Shown here one piece after another: positions 44,269 through 56,961 of a stretch of DNA of 64,000 nt (positions within the stretch are counted from its first letter, which is position 1; each line of letters opens with the position of its first letter). The notes beneath the pieces were generated by a model. The model was not told the DNA's origin, ran no database searches, and saw only the letters and a program-made list of their open reading frames with translations. Location of the stretch: assembly GCF_009914755.1 (NCBI RefSeq), contig NC_060931.1; one strand, given 5' to 3'. A program made the position numbers and the translations under genes. Source of the DNA: the human T2T-CHM13v2.0 reference genome, Homo sapiens.

Positions 44269-47200
44269 TACCTCACAAATCTCCCACCCCTTTCAACCAG
44301 ATTTGACTGGGTTTAAAAAATAAATAAATAAAACCATTCTTCATCATTGAAAAGCTGTTTGCCCCCTTCCCCAAACTCCAGGTCATTGCTCACCTTGAGT
44401 TTCTTTCAAAAGTTTTTCTGAGGCTTCCCCAGTCAGATGGGCTGGATCTGTTAGAGTTTGGGCCTGGCTCTTTGTGTGGAATTTGAATAAATAGCATTAA
44501 CATGGGAATTAGAAGACACTTAAGTGTCCAATGTGGGCAGCATGTGCAAGCTTGCTCTCCTGCTGGCCTTGAGGAGGCGTCATAGTTTCAGTCCTGGCAC
44601 TGGACAGGGCCACTGACCACAGAATGCACTTCCTCATTCCCCATGTATGGGGGGCTCTGAGGAAGCCCAAGGAGCTGCTCTTCGTCTCAGTGCTGTGGAG
44701 TGTTCCCAGATTCTGCTGCAGGGCTGCCAAGCACTGGCCTATGAGGAGCAAGAACAATCCACAGAAGTTCGTTTCATGTTTGGAAGGCATCTGAGACACA
44801 ACTGCATTCTCTCCGTCATTTTATTTCATCATTAGAGCTTTTTCCAATTTACTTAAATGACCCTCTTAATCTAGACCTTGTAAGTTTTTGGGCTTTTTTT
44901 AACCAAAGCTTCTTCACCCTTTGCCTATGATGAAGTAAATGAGATCTACATCTCATTTGGCTCCCTGCAAGATTAGCTTATAGGCTTCTAAAGTAGGCTT
45001 TGTAGAAAACTTTCTATTCAAGCTTTCTGGATTCCCTGTAGTTTTTCCTTAATATACTTATTATACTCTGTAATGCTGTTACAATAGCATTCCTCAGTAA
45101 ACCCTCGTAACTCCCATGCTTACCTTTACTATGAGTAGGAAAATATTTAAATCCACTGGTTAGTCTGCGGCTGGTGGAGAAGTTCCCATTTCCCTGCCCT
45201 TGTGTGCCTCCTTTTCCTGAGCTTGTACATCTGCTAGTGATTTTTCTAGGGTTAATTTGGGTGTTTTTATTTTTAAATTGGAACATGGTGTCTGTCTCTT
45301 CTCTGTATGTGTTTTGGATGCAGCCCCTGTGCTAGGCATGCGGTTATTAACTCCACTGATATACCAGTTCGCTCATTAGCATTTGCATTTTAAATTACAA
45401 GCTAGAGCAGACGACATTTATGCTATATTTGTACCATTGCCTTCTTCATGAATGATGTCGTATGTGCAGGGAATGCAGAAATAACTCTTCTAAGGCCCTG
45501 ATGTATTTTAGTCTCTTTTTTAGCAAACTGCTATTTCTTTTTTACTCTTGATTCTTATTGTTTGATAGGGAGTTTTTTTTTTTTTTTTTTTTTTTAAATT
45601 TTCCAAGTTTAGACCTATTTGTGAGTGCTACTGATTGGGAAGTGCTAACGACAGACCAGCCCTTCATATCAAAATAGGCATATTGCGTAGAGTGGCCATT
45701 TTTCCCTTTCACGTGGTGCTCCTTGTAAGCAGCCTGCCTTGATTTGAGAGGAGGGAGTTTTTTCCTCCACAGTTTGGTGGGTGGGAAGACATGGTAACAG
45801 TTACTTGTTCTTGCTAGTATTCTTGCTCACATCCCTCTTTTTTATAGTTGACTAGTCAGTGGTTATTTAACACCTGTTAATTACTTGACACTGCAAGGGG
45901 AAAAAAGGAAATAGTGTATGCCTTCAAGGGTCTTATTTTTGACAAGCATTTATATTGCACTACAGTACAGCATATACTTAAATATTAATATTGAGTGTAA
46001 AATACCAAGTTAGAGGTGGGTCTTTTAAGTGAGATTTGCCAGGAGCAAAGGTCTCGTGGAGCAGCCGTTGCTCTTGCCAGATGGTACAATAGCTTCAGCA
46101 TCTGCATCTCAAGAACTGAATCAGAAATGCACAGTCATAGATCATGGATCTGTGACTGAAGCCTTCCTAGGCTTGCCTCATTGTGCCTAACATAGTGTCT
46201 GGTTTCTAGCAGCAGGATGAGGGCAGAAAGCGAGCTCTGGTAGATAGGTCTGTGTTTGTGCCATTTTGCTTTCCTCTGTGAGCTCTAATTTTGGTTCTCT
46301 GAGTTCTGTTGCAGAGTTTCTTCCTGTTGGTGAATGCTAACTTTTAAAACATCACATGAAAAATACAGGGAAGTCATACTGGAGGTAAATGTGCATTGTT
46401 GTTAGGCAAGCACAAATTCTGCAGTTGATAGAAACTATTTTTATTTCCCCACTTTCTCCCTAAAGGTTTTCTCTGATATAATCTTCATTCTTCTAATAGC
46501 TGTTGGAATAACCAAGACACGAAGAGTTGCATTTGATGCTGATAATCCAAGTACAGATGATACATTAATTCAGAACCTGATCCCTTTAAGGAGTCTCATT
46601 GCTGCACATGGCATATTATACATTAATAATATGGGGTAATAGCATTCTGAGCCTCTTACGTGGATCCATTTCATGCTATGAGGTTGGCCTCACAGTGAAC
46701 ATTGCCATATCATACTCACTCCTTATTCCCTTAAAGAATACATCTTACTATTGGAATGAGTGCTGGGTGGTTGGTAGCTTTGGTTCCTTCAACACAGTAG
46801 CACTTGAGCTGTGCCACTTCACAATCCAGTTCTACTTCATGTTTGATACAGCTTTGTATATTTCTTTTGATTCTATTAATCATTGTAATAATTTCTTACC
46901 TGGAATCTATTGATTCATAGTTTCTAAGAAATCCATACACAGCACATCAGAGCTCCAAGTGGGGTCCAAAGTCATGTGAGGGGGTCCTTAGTTCCCACCT
47001 CACCTCAATCTTCACATTAGTTCATTTTCCATAAATAAAAATACTCATGAAATTCTTTTGAAAAAGTGATGGGCAGGAGGACAAGACAAAATTGATAAAG
47101 AATTGTTACCTATCTCTGTATTTATCCTACGAACGTGGTCCATTTTGGGTCCATTGTTTGCTGTGCCCTTCTGTGTCTTCCATGAAATCCAGGCTCCAGA

Positions 47201-48714
47201 CATAGGCCTTTGTGCTTCAATCTTTAGCTTCTTTTGGTCTCTGTGCCTGTTACCTGGCAAAGTTGTTCTCTAGAAACTGGTCAGCTGTGCCTATGAGGGC
47301 AAGTCTAGATCTCGTGGAGGAGATGAGTGGGACTCTAGAGACTTGAGAGAGGTAAGACAGAACAGGAGGTGCCATTGGCTGGCATTACCTGTGCAATCAG
47401 ATGAAGGTGCATTTGGATGGTGTGGCAGCAGGCACCTAGATGGCACTCGGCACATTCATTTGGTAACGTTTAGAAATTGCTCCTTAACTGTGCTGATGAA
47501 AGCAGTTTTGACGAACAACTCAATAAAGAGCCATGGAATCCCACAGAATATGTTTCATTTTTTCATTACATTTGTTAACCCGTTGGAGGGCTGATTGCTG
47601 CCAGTCACTCCTCATCCTGCTGAGCTGGTGCCTCAGAGGAGGGCGGATGTGGCTCGACTGCGTTCCCTCAGCTGCCAAGCCATCCAGCCCTCTTGCAGTT
47701 CTCTGCATCTACTTCCACTATGCCATTGGCTCCTGACGGAAACCTTGAATTAAGTGGGTTAGAAATAAACTGCTTGAATGCATTTGTGCAGATAGCTTCT
47801 CTCACCAGCTATCTGAAGTGCTTTTTGAAATACACGGGAGCCCTTTGTAAGCTGCTTTATAAGCTGTGAAGTCCATTGTTGCTGCTCTCTGCAGCCAGCG
47901 TGTCTCTAACCTAAGTAATGTCTACTTGGCTCTGGGCCAGGACTTGGTATTGGAAACTGGCGTAAGCAGCAAAGCCGCCCACCAGAGTCACTAGCAGCTG
48001 TTGCAAGTTGGAGGATTTGCAGAAATTGAGATTGCTGTTCCCAGATATTGGCACTTGCCTGGTGATGAATGACCGAGTCTGTGCAAAGGGACTCTGTATG
48101 CTTTCCTTCAGCCTTTTATTCTCAGCCCTCTATTGTGGCGCCTGCTCAATGGCCCCGTTGTGGAGGAGGGTGGCTGAATGGAGGGGTGAGTGGCCTGCCT
48201 CTACTGTCATTCCCTCCCTCAGTTGGCCTAAACTGAGACATTAATAATAGCTCTTTGATCCCCTGAACCGGTTCTTGGGGCAGGAATTTCATGGCACATA
48301 GCACAAATGCCAAAGGCTAAGAATCCAACCTTGAGAGAATAGAGAAATGAACTTCACCTGAGAGTGAATTGAGCCCTGCATTGATTACTGTAGTGCCCTT
48401 TTGCCTTAATCCACCCATCTGCTCCAGAATAGCCAGGGAGGTAAGACCAAGACCAGAAAAGGTCTATTCAGATAAGGGGTAGTGTTTATTTCTGATATGA
48501 TTGCCCAAGAATGAACTTTTCAGAGGGTAATGCCACCTCGTATAATTTCTTCTTATCACATATTCCCATGCATATTCATATATGCATATGCTGAAACCAG
48601 TGTTACAGTGCCATCTTCCTAGAGATTACACTGCAAAGAAACAGCCTCAATTAACTGCCATCCACCCTCCTGACTACATCCCCCTCTATCACTCCCTCTG
48701 ACATCACTGTTTCA

Positions 48715-48845
48715 TCATCAGATTGTAAGATGCTTGAGGGTAGGGACCTTGTCTGTCTTGTCACTGCTGAACCCACCATAACACTGCCTAGAATAGTGCT
48801 TCACCAAGTCAGCACTCACTAGAAAGTTCTTGGATAAATGAATGA
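48715..48845 (+). mobile_element. L2 3' terminus
   Basis: gattgtaagatgcttgagggtagggaccttgtctgtcttgtcactg...gcctagaatagtgc...ggataaatgaatga. Confidence 0.8.
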
Positions 48846-48893
48846 GCACTGATGTTTCTTGGCTAACGTTTTGACTCTTTTAAAATTTAGAAA

Positions 48894-49236
<343 letters not shown>

Positions 49237-49289
49237 CTAGAGCCACAGCAGCCCTGCAATCACATACGGAACCAAACTGGGTGTCTCTC

Positions 49290-49600
49290 AGGAGAACTGG
49301 ATTAATTCCTAGATCTGCCCCCAAAGTAACAGAGCCTTGAACAGGTCACAGAGCCTCGCCAGGCCTCAGATTTTTTTCACAGAATAAGTGGTTTGGATTA
49401 GGTTTCTCTAAGATTCATTCCACGTCTGAGTTTCTAATAATAGTTTTCACTTAATGAGTACTTACATGCTGTGGATTAACTCATTTGATCCTTACCCACA
49501 GTCCTGTGAGGCAGGCACCATTACACTACAGTCTCCATTTTGCAGATGAGAAAACTAAGGCCTGGGAAAGTTAACTCACTTACTAAATAAATAGCAGAGC
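49290..49600. mobile_element. Two MIR-family fragments in opposite orientation
   Basis: ccttgaacaggtcac...ggcctcagattt (+) and ccattttgcagatgagaaaactaaggcc...agttaactcactt (-). Confidence 0.65.
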
Positions 49601-50454
49601 ATATTTTCTTGATCTCCTCATTTAGAACGCAATGCCCTAATTGACATTGAACATATTTATCTCCAGGTAACAAGGGACCTTTCCAATCTTCCCTCCATTC
49701 ACTGCATCTGCGTGTGCTCTCTTATTGGCTAGGAATCAATCTGGTACTGCCTTTCTTTTGGGATGATCAAAAGCAAAGCATAAGAATGGGACAGTGGCAG
49801 TGACCCTAAGTAGGAAGTGTAGTAATGAAGGTATGAATTTTTAGTTGTTTGGGGGTTTGGATTTGTTTTATTGTCCCCAGAGATGACACCAATAGGAACA
49901 TATCTAAGATGAGAGCATGGCTAAGACATGTGATCATAGAGCAAGAGAGAGCAGGTCAGACCTGTGGGATGGGTTTATGAGCTGGGGCATTTATGGATAA
50001 ATTAAACTTTAGCCCTGAGTAAGCAAAGTCCTAAGCCAGTTATTACTGCTCTGGCACTTCTAATGGGCCCTATGCAACCCTTATAAATTATTCAGCTACT
50101 TTATTAATAAAAGACCAAGCAACTTGCCTAGTCCTGGTGATACTTAAGTGTATAGCTTAGAGAGTGCAAGTTAGAGGAATAGAATATTTGCCATCCACCA
50201 AGGAATCCTCTTTTCTAATATGGAGGTGAAAGGGTTAAACTGACTACCTTGAAGAGCAGAGTTTTGAGATAGAGTACATGAAACTGGCATTGAAATGTTA
50301 ACAGTGTCTGCTAAAAAAGGGCTTTCCTCTGAGGAAGTGGCTGTTGAGATTTCCTGGACTGTTGCATCTGATGCACCTTTCACAGAATGGCATGACTATG
50401 GCGAGTAAGTGTCCCAGGAGATCCACCATTTAAGCCTCAAGTTTTTTATTTTTG

Positions 50455-50590
50455 TTTTTAATAATTCTTATGCCTCTTTATTTTGATATAATTTTACACT
50501 TACAGAAAAGTTGCAAGAATACAAGTACAAAGATCTTCCATTTACCCTTTATTAAATTGTTAACATATTGCCCCACTAGCTATTTATGTA
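50455..50590 (-). mobile_element. L1M (MC/MD-like) extreme 3' end
   Basis: tttattttgatataattttacacttacagaaaagttgcaagaata...ttgttaacatattgcc. Confidence 0.7.
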
Positions 50591-53500
50591 TTTTTAGAAC
50601 CAGAAGATTTTGGTCAGATTGCTTCTCACATCCATAAGAACAGAAAATAATGTTTTTCCATCTCATATAGAAAATACTTTTTTCTAGAAGTTCAAGGGGT
50701 CACCATTCTTGTTTCATGATATTGTTCCAGCTTAAAAGGCGACTCATGGCAGTTGTACATCCTGGTTTTCCAGGGAAACTTCTGCTTTCAAGTTCTCTGT
50801 TCAAATTCCAGACCAACTGTGAGGCCAGGGGTCTTTTTGGATCAAAACTTAGCATTCTAGCAGCTTTGGGTTGGGGCTTCTGTCAGGCTGAGATGTTATC
50901 AGGGGTGAAAGAACCTAAAAGTATAATAGCATTTAAGTAATGTAGTTTACAGCCCTGTCTGGAAGCCTCTGGAAATGTGTACATCTCAGGATATTTGCAT
51001 ATTTGCTGTCTGAGTTTTTCATGCTGCCCCTAGATATGCCAGGAGCTTTATAATGTTATATTCTTTCAGATTTCAGGAAATAATGAGTCAGAAGTATGGC
51101 AAAATAATCCACTTCATATACACTTCGAAGCATGTTTGGATTCTGTTATTTAATGGCACTATGAGAATATCAGTGTTTTCGTGGTGAACTATAAATATTA
51201 GCTGAATGCCAACCTGCTGAATGCAGATGGACAGCACAGAGATGAGAGGGCCCTCAAGGCTGGCGCTTCCCAAGACGCCAGCTACAGAGGCACGGATGGC
51301 AACTAGTACCTGAGGACTCTGGGCGCTGGCCTTACATGTCATGGCACAGACCAAAAGGAAGACTCTTATTTTTTTCAACTTTGCACACTCTTATCATATT
51401 TGCAGTTCCCATCCACTCTGAGTCTTGGGTCCTTCTGCATTTTCACTGAAATGAATACTATGTTGGTATGTGTCCTTGTCCTCATTGATTATGTCTCTTT
51501 TGCCCTCACTCAGCTCTGTTTTCCCACCCATCAGTGAATAGTATGGATTTTATGGCCAGTTGTTTTATTGGCCCCAGAGATGACAAGCATTGTGCCAATA
51601 ATGACCCCACCATTCTTAGCTTTTGCACTTCTTTTGCCCCCATTGCTATCCATGATCCTATGAAGTCTGCAAGGAGACTGCTACTTTTGGGTACAGCAGG
51701 ACACACACAGTGTAGTAGGGTTGAGGTAGGAAACCTAATTCAAGGGGAATAAAATAGGCGAAACATGAGGTGGAAATATTTTAGAGGGAAGTTGATAATG
51801 GAAAGTTTAGTGAATAAGAAATTGGAAGACCTTATTTCTCACCCAGACTGTAGTGATTCCTGTATGGCCTTAAAACAAAGCTCACACAGGTATCTGCCCC
51901 CACTTCTCTGATTCTCATTGTCTGCCTTTATAGGCTGTACCTCCCTCTCAACCCCCCATTGTTAACTCCAGGTTATAGTCCTAGCTATTGGCCCTGGATT
52001 ATATTAAATGGTAGCTGATGTTCTTTCAAGGGCTAAAATGCCATGATCTTATGAATCCTGCCCCTTACTATCTTACATTTTGAGTTTGAAATCAAGTCAG
52101 CTGATCAGTAAATTGAGTTGATTAAATTTTTGCCCTGACATAAATGTAATCTGTATGAGTAGGAGATGACAGCTTAGAAGACCGTCTGTGTCTTCCCGTA
52201 GTTCATCAGATAAACACTCTAATTGGATAACAGAGCTCAGTTTTAAAGTAGACTGAGCTCAAAGGTGAGCTAGCCAAGGGCTAATGCTAATGCCATCTAT
52301 CCAATTCTCAGAAGAGCAATTAGGGCCCTAATGAGATGAGGACCTTGGGCTTTGGTGATAGCACCAGAGAGAAGTTGAGAAGCTATGTTGAATGGCCCTA
52401 CCAGCTTCTTTGGGGCAAGCTGCTTGTTTGGGATTCACCCATTGCTCAAATGTCTCCCAGATATTTGTGCAAGATCTGGACCCCTGCATAGCCCAACCCT
52501 CTTCCGTTCCCAGTTCTCTTCTTGTTAGGATTATAGATTCATGGTGCTAACCATTTGATTTATCTTTGATTTGTCTTTCTTTGTCAGGTGCTCATTTTTA
52601 AGGCTACCGATTTAAACACATAAGCTGAGAAATAAGTTTCAAGTTCTGTTAGAATGCTGTTTCGCCCACTTCACACATGTGGTATATTAAGGGTTCACCT
52701 TTAGCAACAGCCAATTAGTAATTGCCAATACTGCTTATGTGCAGTGTGGGATTCTTAACAGTTGCTATGAGAACCTTAACTTTTGCATTCCCTGACTCAT
52801 TTTACATGAACAATGCAAATGTGAAGAGATTTGAAGGGGAGGGATGAGAAGACAGGGAGCTGGCAAATAAATGAAGCCCTGTTCGCTCTTAAATCACTTT
52901 GAATGGTAAGTTCTTGGTGCTCATTCTGTTCTTCCACCTCAGGCTCTCTCATACACATTTGTTTTCCCTGAACCCTTAAGAAAAAAGTAAAATAGTTTGA
53001 CCTTTATTTGCATCAAACTTAAAAGCAGTTCAAGTTCACTACTTAGCAAGAAGATTGCCTTTAATGAGCCAAGTTTAAAAGAGCTGGATTTTTATCTCTT
53101 AATGTTTGGAAGGAGATGAGATGTGCATACACACTGAGAAAGTAAGCTTACAGCTTTAACTATTAAATTCAAAACTGAATCACTCTCCCAGCAGCATTTA
53201 AGAACAAAAAAACTGTGTGGGTTTCTTTTGTTGTTTTTTGTTTTGGGGGACAAAAAGCATCTCATACAGTATGTGCCTGTGTGTGAAATCTTGCATTTTG
53301 AAAAACACCCTTCCCTCAGCAGACCAGAAGTCATCTTTACTTGTTTTGAACATCACCTGAGAACAAAATTTCTTTTCCAATCCAAGGTCCTTTGCCTTAT
53401 TTGAAGCTGCCTCCCAGCTTGGATTTGGCCCCAGCACAGGGTGAAATGTGGGTTAGATCCTCTGAAGAAGGAAAAGGTGCTTCCCTCAGCCTTTGTCAGC

Positions 53501-53763
53501 ACTAATGGCCAGCTGTGTTTTGTGCTCTATCACTTTGTTTTGCCTTTCCCTTGTCATTTGGTGAGCCAGGCTTTATGCTGAATAGAAGATAAAGAGTGCT
53601 TATCCTCCACTCCCTTCCCTCTCAGTTCTCTTCCTCTCACTGTACTTGAAAGAAAACTGGAATGCTGGGACAGAACTTCTTGATTTGCCCTTTAGAGTAG
53701 AAGCTGTAAAGAGACTGTGGTCACCAGGACCCCATGAGCTTTAGGATCCCAAGAGCTTTAGAA

Positions 53764-53882
53764 TAGTGCTTTCCAAACTTATTTAATGGGTCTGGAGTTG
53801 GGCCAGAGAATTTGCATTTCTAGCAAGTTTCCAGACGATGTCAATGCCAGTGATTTGCAGACCCCTCTTTTGAGAAGAAAGG
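53764..53882. mobile_element. MER5-like hAT-Charlie fragment
   Basis: ggtctggagttgggccagagaatttgcatttctagcaagtttccag...tttgagaa. Confidence 0.7.
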
Positions 53883-53944
53883 GCCTAGACTTCCCTCCCC
53901 CTTTTTTTTTCCTCTAGGTTTGGGAATTACGAAATATTCATTGT

Positions 53945-54085
53945 ATACACAATGCGTTAATGGCTAAGAGAACAGGTTCTGGAGCCAGTCCCCACCTAGT
54001 CTAAGTTTAGGCTCCCTAACTTGCTAGATAAATGAAACTCTCAGTTTCCGCATTAAAGAAGTGGAGAAAAAATAGTGTCATTGTG
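53945..54085 (+). mobile_element. MIR fragment
   Basis: atggctaagagaacaggttctggagccag...ctcagtttcc. Confidence 0.6.
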
Positions 54086-54494
54086 ATCAGCAGATCATCC
54101 TTGTGATGTGCCTCTTATCCGGTGACACAGCATTTGTATGATGCAAAGAAAGCCCTAAGTGGCCATTTCGATCCAGTACTTGATACATGAATTGAATCCT
54201 GTCCACATAAATGCTATTGTCTGGGAAGGCCTTTGCCTTATGACATTTTAGGGCATATCCTTGAACCAATACTGTACATGACTTTCCCTCCCATCCATGA
54301 AATGAAACTACAGTCCTGTTACATTCCCTCCCTCCTGCCCAGATTCGCCCTTGTTTGGTAAGAGGTGCAGAGCTCTTAGTGTGCATACTAGGCTGGTCTG
54401 TCATTGTGGCCACATCTTACAGAGATGTAATGGTGGCTGCAGATTAAATCTCAGATGTATATAGGATTACAGACTCTTAAAAAAGATTCTGGAC

Positions 54495-55265
54495 TGCATA
54501 CTCATTAGGATGGCTACTATCAAAAAACTAAAAGATAGCAAGTATGAGCAAGAACCAATTTATTATTTTTTTTAATCCCCAAACATTTGATATGCAAGCA
54601 AGCACCATTTCAGAACAAATCTAGATTTGGAACCCTTGTGCACTGTTTGTGAGATTGTAACATGGTTCAGCTGCTATGGAAAGTAGTATGGAGATTCCTC
54701 AAAAAAAATTTAAATATAATTACCATAGGATCCAGCAATTCTGCTTCTGGGTATATATCCAAAGGAAATGAAATCAGTATCTTGAACAGATACTTGCAGT
54801 CCCCTGTTCATTGCAGCACTTATTCACAATAGCCAAGATAATTCAAACAACCTAAATGGCCATCTAGGAACCAATGGATAAAGAAAATGTGGTATATACC
54901 TACAATGGAATGTTATCTAGCCTTAGGGAAAAAAAAGGAGATCCTGCCATTTACGACAACATGGATGAATCTGCAGGTCATTATGCTAAGTGACACAAGC
55001 CAGTCGCAGGACAAATATTGCATGATTCCAGTTACGCGAGGTAACTAAAATAGTGACACTCATAGAAACAGAGAATAGAGTGAATGGTGGTTGCCAGGGT
55101 CTGGGAGCCTTGGGAAACAGGGAGTTGTTGCTTGACAGGTCTAAAATTTCAGTTATGTGAGACAATTAAGTTCTAGAGATCTGCTGTACAATATTGTGCC
55201 TATTGTAAGAGTACTTTATTTAAAAATGTGTTGAGAGGGTAGGTCACGTGTTAAGTATTCTTACA
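54495..55265 (+). mobile_element. L1MA/MB-type 3' end (ORF2 tail plus 3' UTR)
   Basis: ttggaacccttgtgcactg, gatccagcaattctgcttctgggtatatatccaaagg, atggataaagaaaatgtggtatata, agttctagagatctgctgtacaa. Confidence 0.9.
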
Positions 55266-55764
55266 TTTCTATGGAAGGGGATAGGGAGAGATTCTGCTTC
55301 TTAAAAGTAATTTCTTCTTGTGAGTAAAGCTAATTTTGGGGGATAGAATGTGGTGGTCCAAAACGGGGGTTGGAAATATGAGGCTGAATTGATTAAAGAA
55401 TGTGCCTGAGATCAGGGTCCATTGCATAAATCCTGGTCCCTGACCCTCTTTTATTAGTATGTGTGGGAGCCTTAGCAAGTGACCTTAGGTGTTGTCTTGT
55501 GTCATTGAAAAAAGCAAAAACAAAACAAAACAAAACCACTTTATCTAGCTGAGGATGCTTTCTTTCTTTTCCTGGACTTATTTGGACCTGCATGTTGCAA
55601 AATCTACATTGCTACATAAAAAGAGGTAGCTCCTATTCATCCTTCACTTCTCAGTTTTAATACCACTTTTTCCCAGAGCAGAATAAGCCCTTCCCCCTCA
55701 TCATGGGTTCTAGCTCCCTGTAGTTCCCCACCCTTACTTATTTCCTATTTAGTGGAGGCTTTCT

Positions 55765-55872
55765 CCAAAAGACTCTAAACTCCTTGAAGTTTTTGTGTTG
55801 CTTGTCTCTATTGTATCCCCACCTAGCAGTCCTTGTCACATAGTAGATACTCAATATTTGTTGAATAAGTGG
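55765..55872 (+). mobile_element. L2 3' terminus
   Basis: ttgtatccccacctagcag...cacatagtagatactcaatatttgttgaataa. Confidence 0.7.
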
Positions 55873-56556
55873 AAATTTCATCTATACAGGAAAGCGATGT
55901 ATATTCTTATATATAAGTTTATTGCTTAGCAGGTTTTGATCTTGATTTCTGTGGGATATCATTTCCAAGACATTAATAGATTTTTGTTTTGTAGTCATAT
56001 TTGTGGCACCAATGTGCATTTCCGAGAATCTCCTGAGAGGCTGTTCTACCTCCAGGAATGAAGACTGCATCTAAATAGAGATCATCACTATTTCCAAAGG
56101 GCAGGCAACAACCACAGAGGATGCAAATTGATGGAACAAGCTCAGGGAGCAGGAAAACACAAACGTCTCTGAGAAACTGTTAGCTGTAGGCTGAAAATTA
56201 GGAACTCTGAGCTTTCTTGTATTTTTTCAGACCCCATGGCCTAGCAGCCCCTGGAGATTCCTCAGTAGATCCGTCAGCCACTGAGGAAAGCAGCTGTGTT
56301 CGATTTTATGGCTGTTTGCTTTAGCTTTCTGTGCTTGTAACTCATTTTTGACATGACAGTTAACAACAATCTAGATTATCTCTGAAGTTGCTTATCAAAA
56401 TTGAAAGTGTCAGATACCCAATATTTTGAGGCCCATAATTAACGTGAACATTTTTACTTAATGTAGATGCCTGTAAAACATCTTTTATCAATAGAATCTC
56501 AACCATTTTTTCATAGTGTGGGTGACTGTAGCACAAGTAAGAGAAACCTACAGTCA

Positions 56557-56961
<405 letters not shown>

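Noticed and set aside
47430-48145. CTCF-like partial motifs (CACCTAGATGGCAC, CCACCAGAGTCAC, GCCCTCTATTG)
   Set aside because: Each has two or more mismatches at informative positions.
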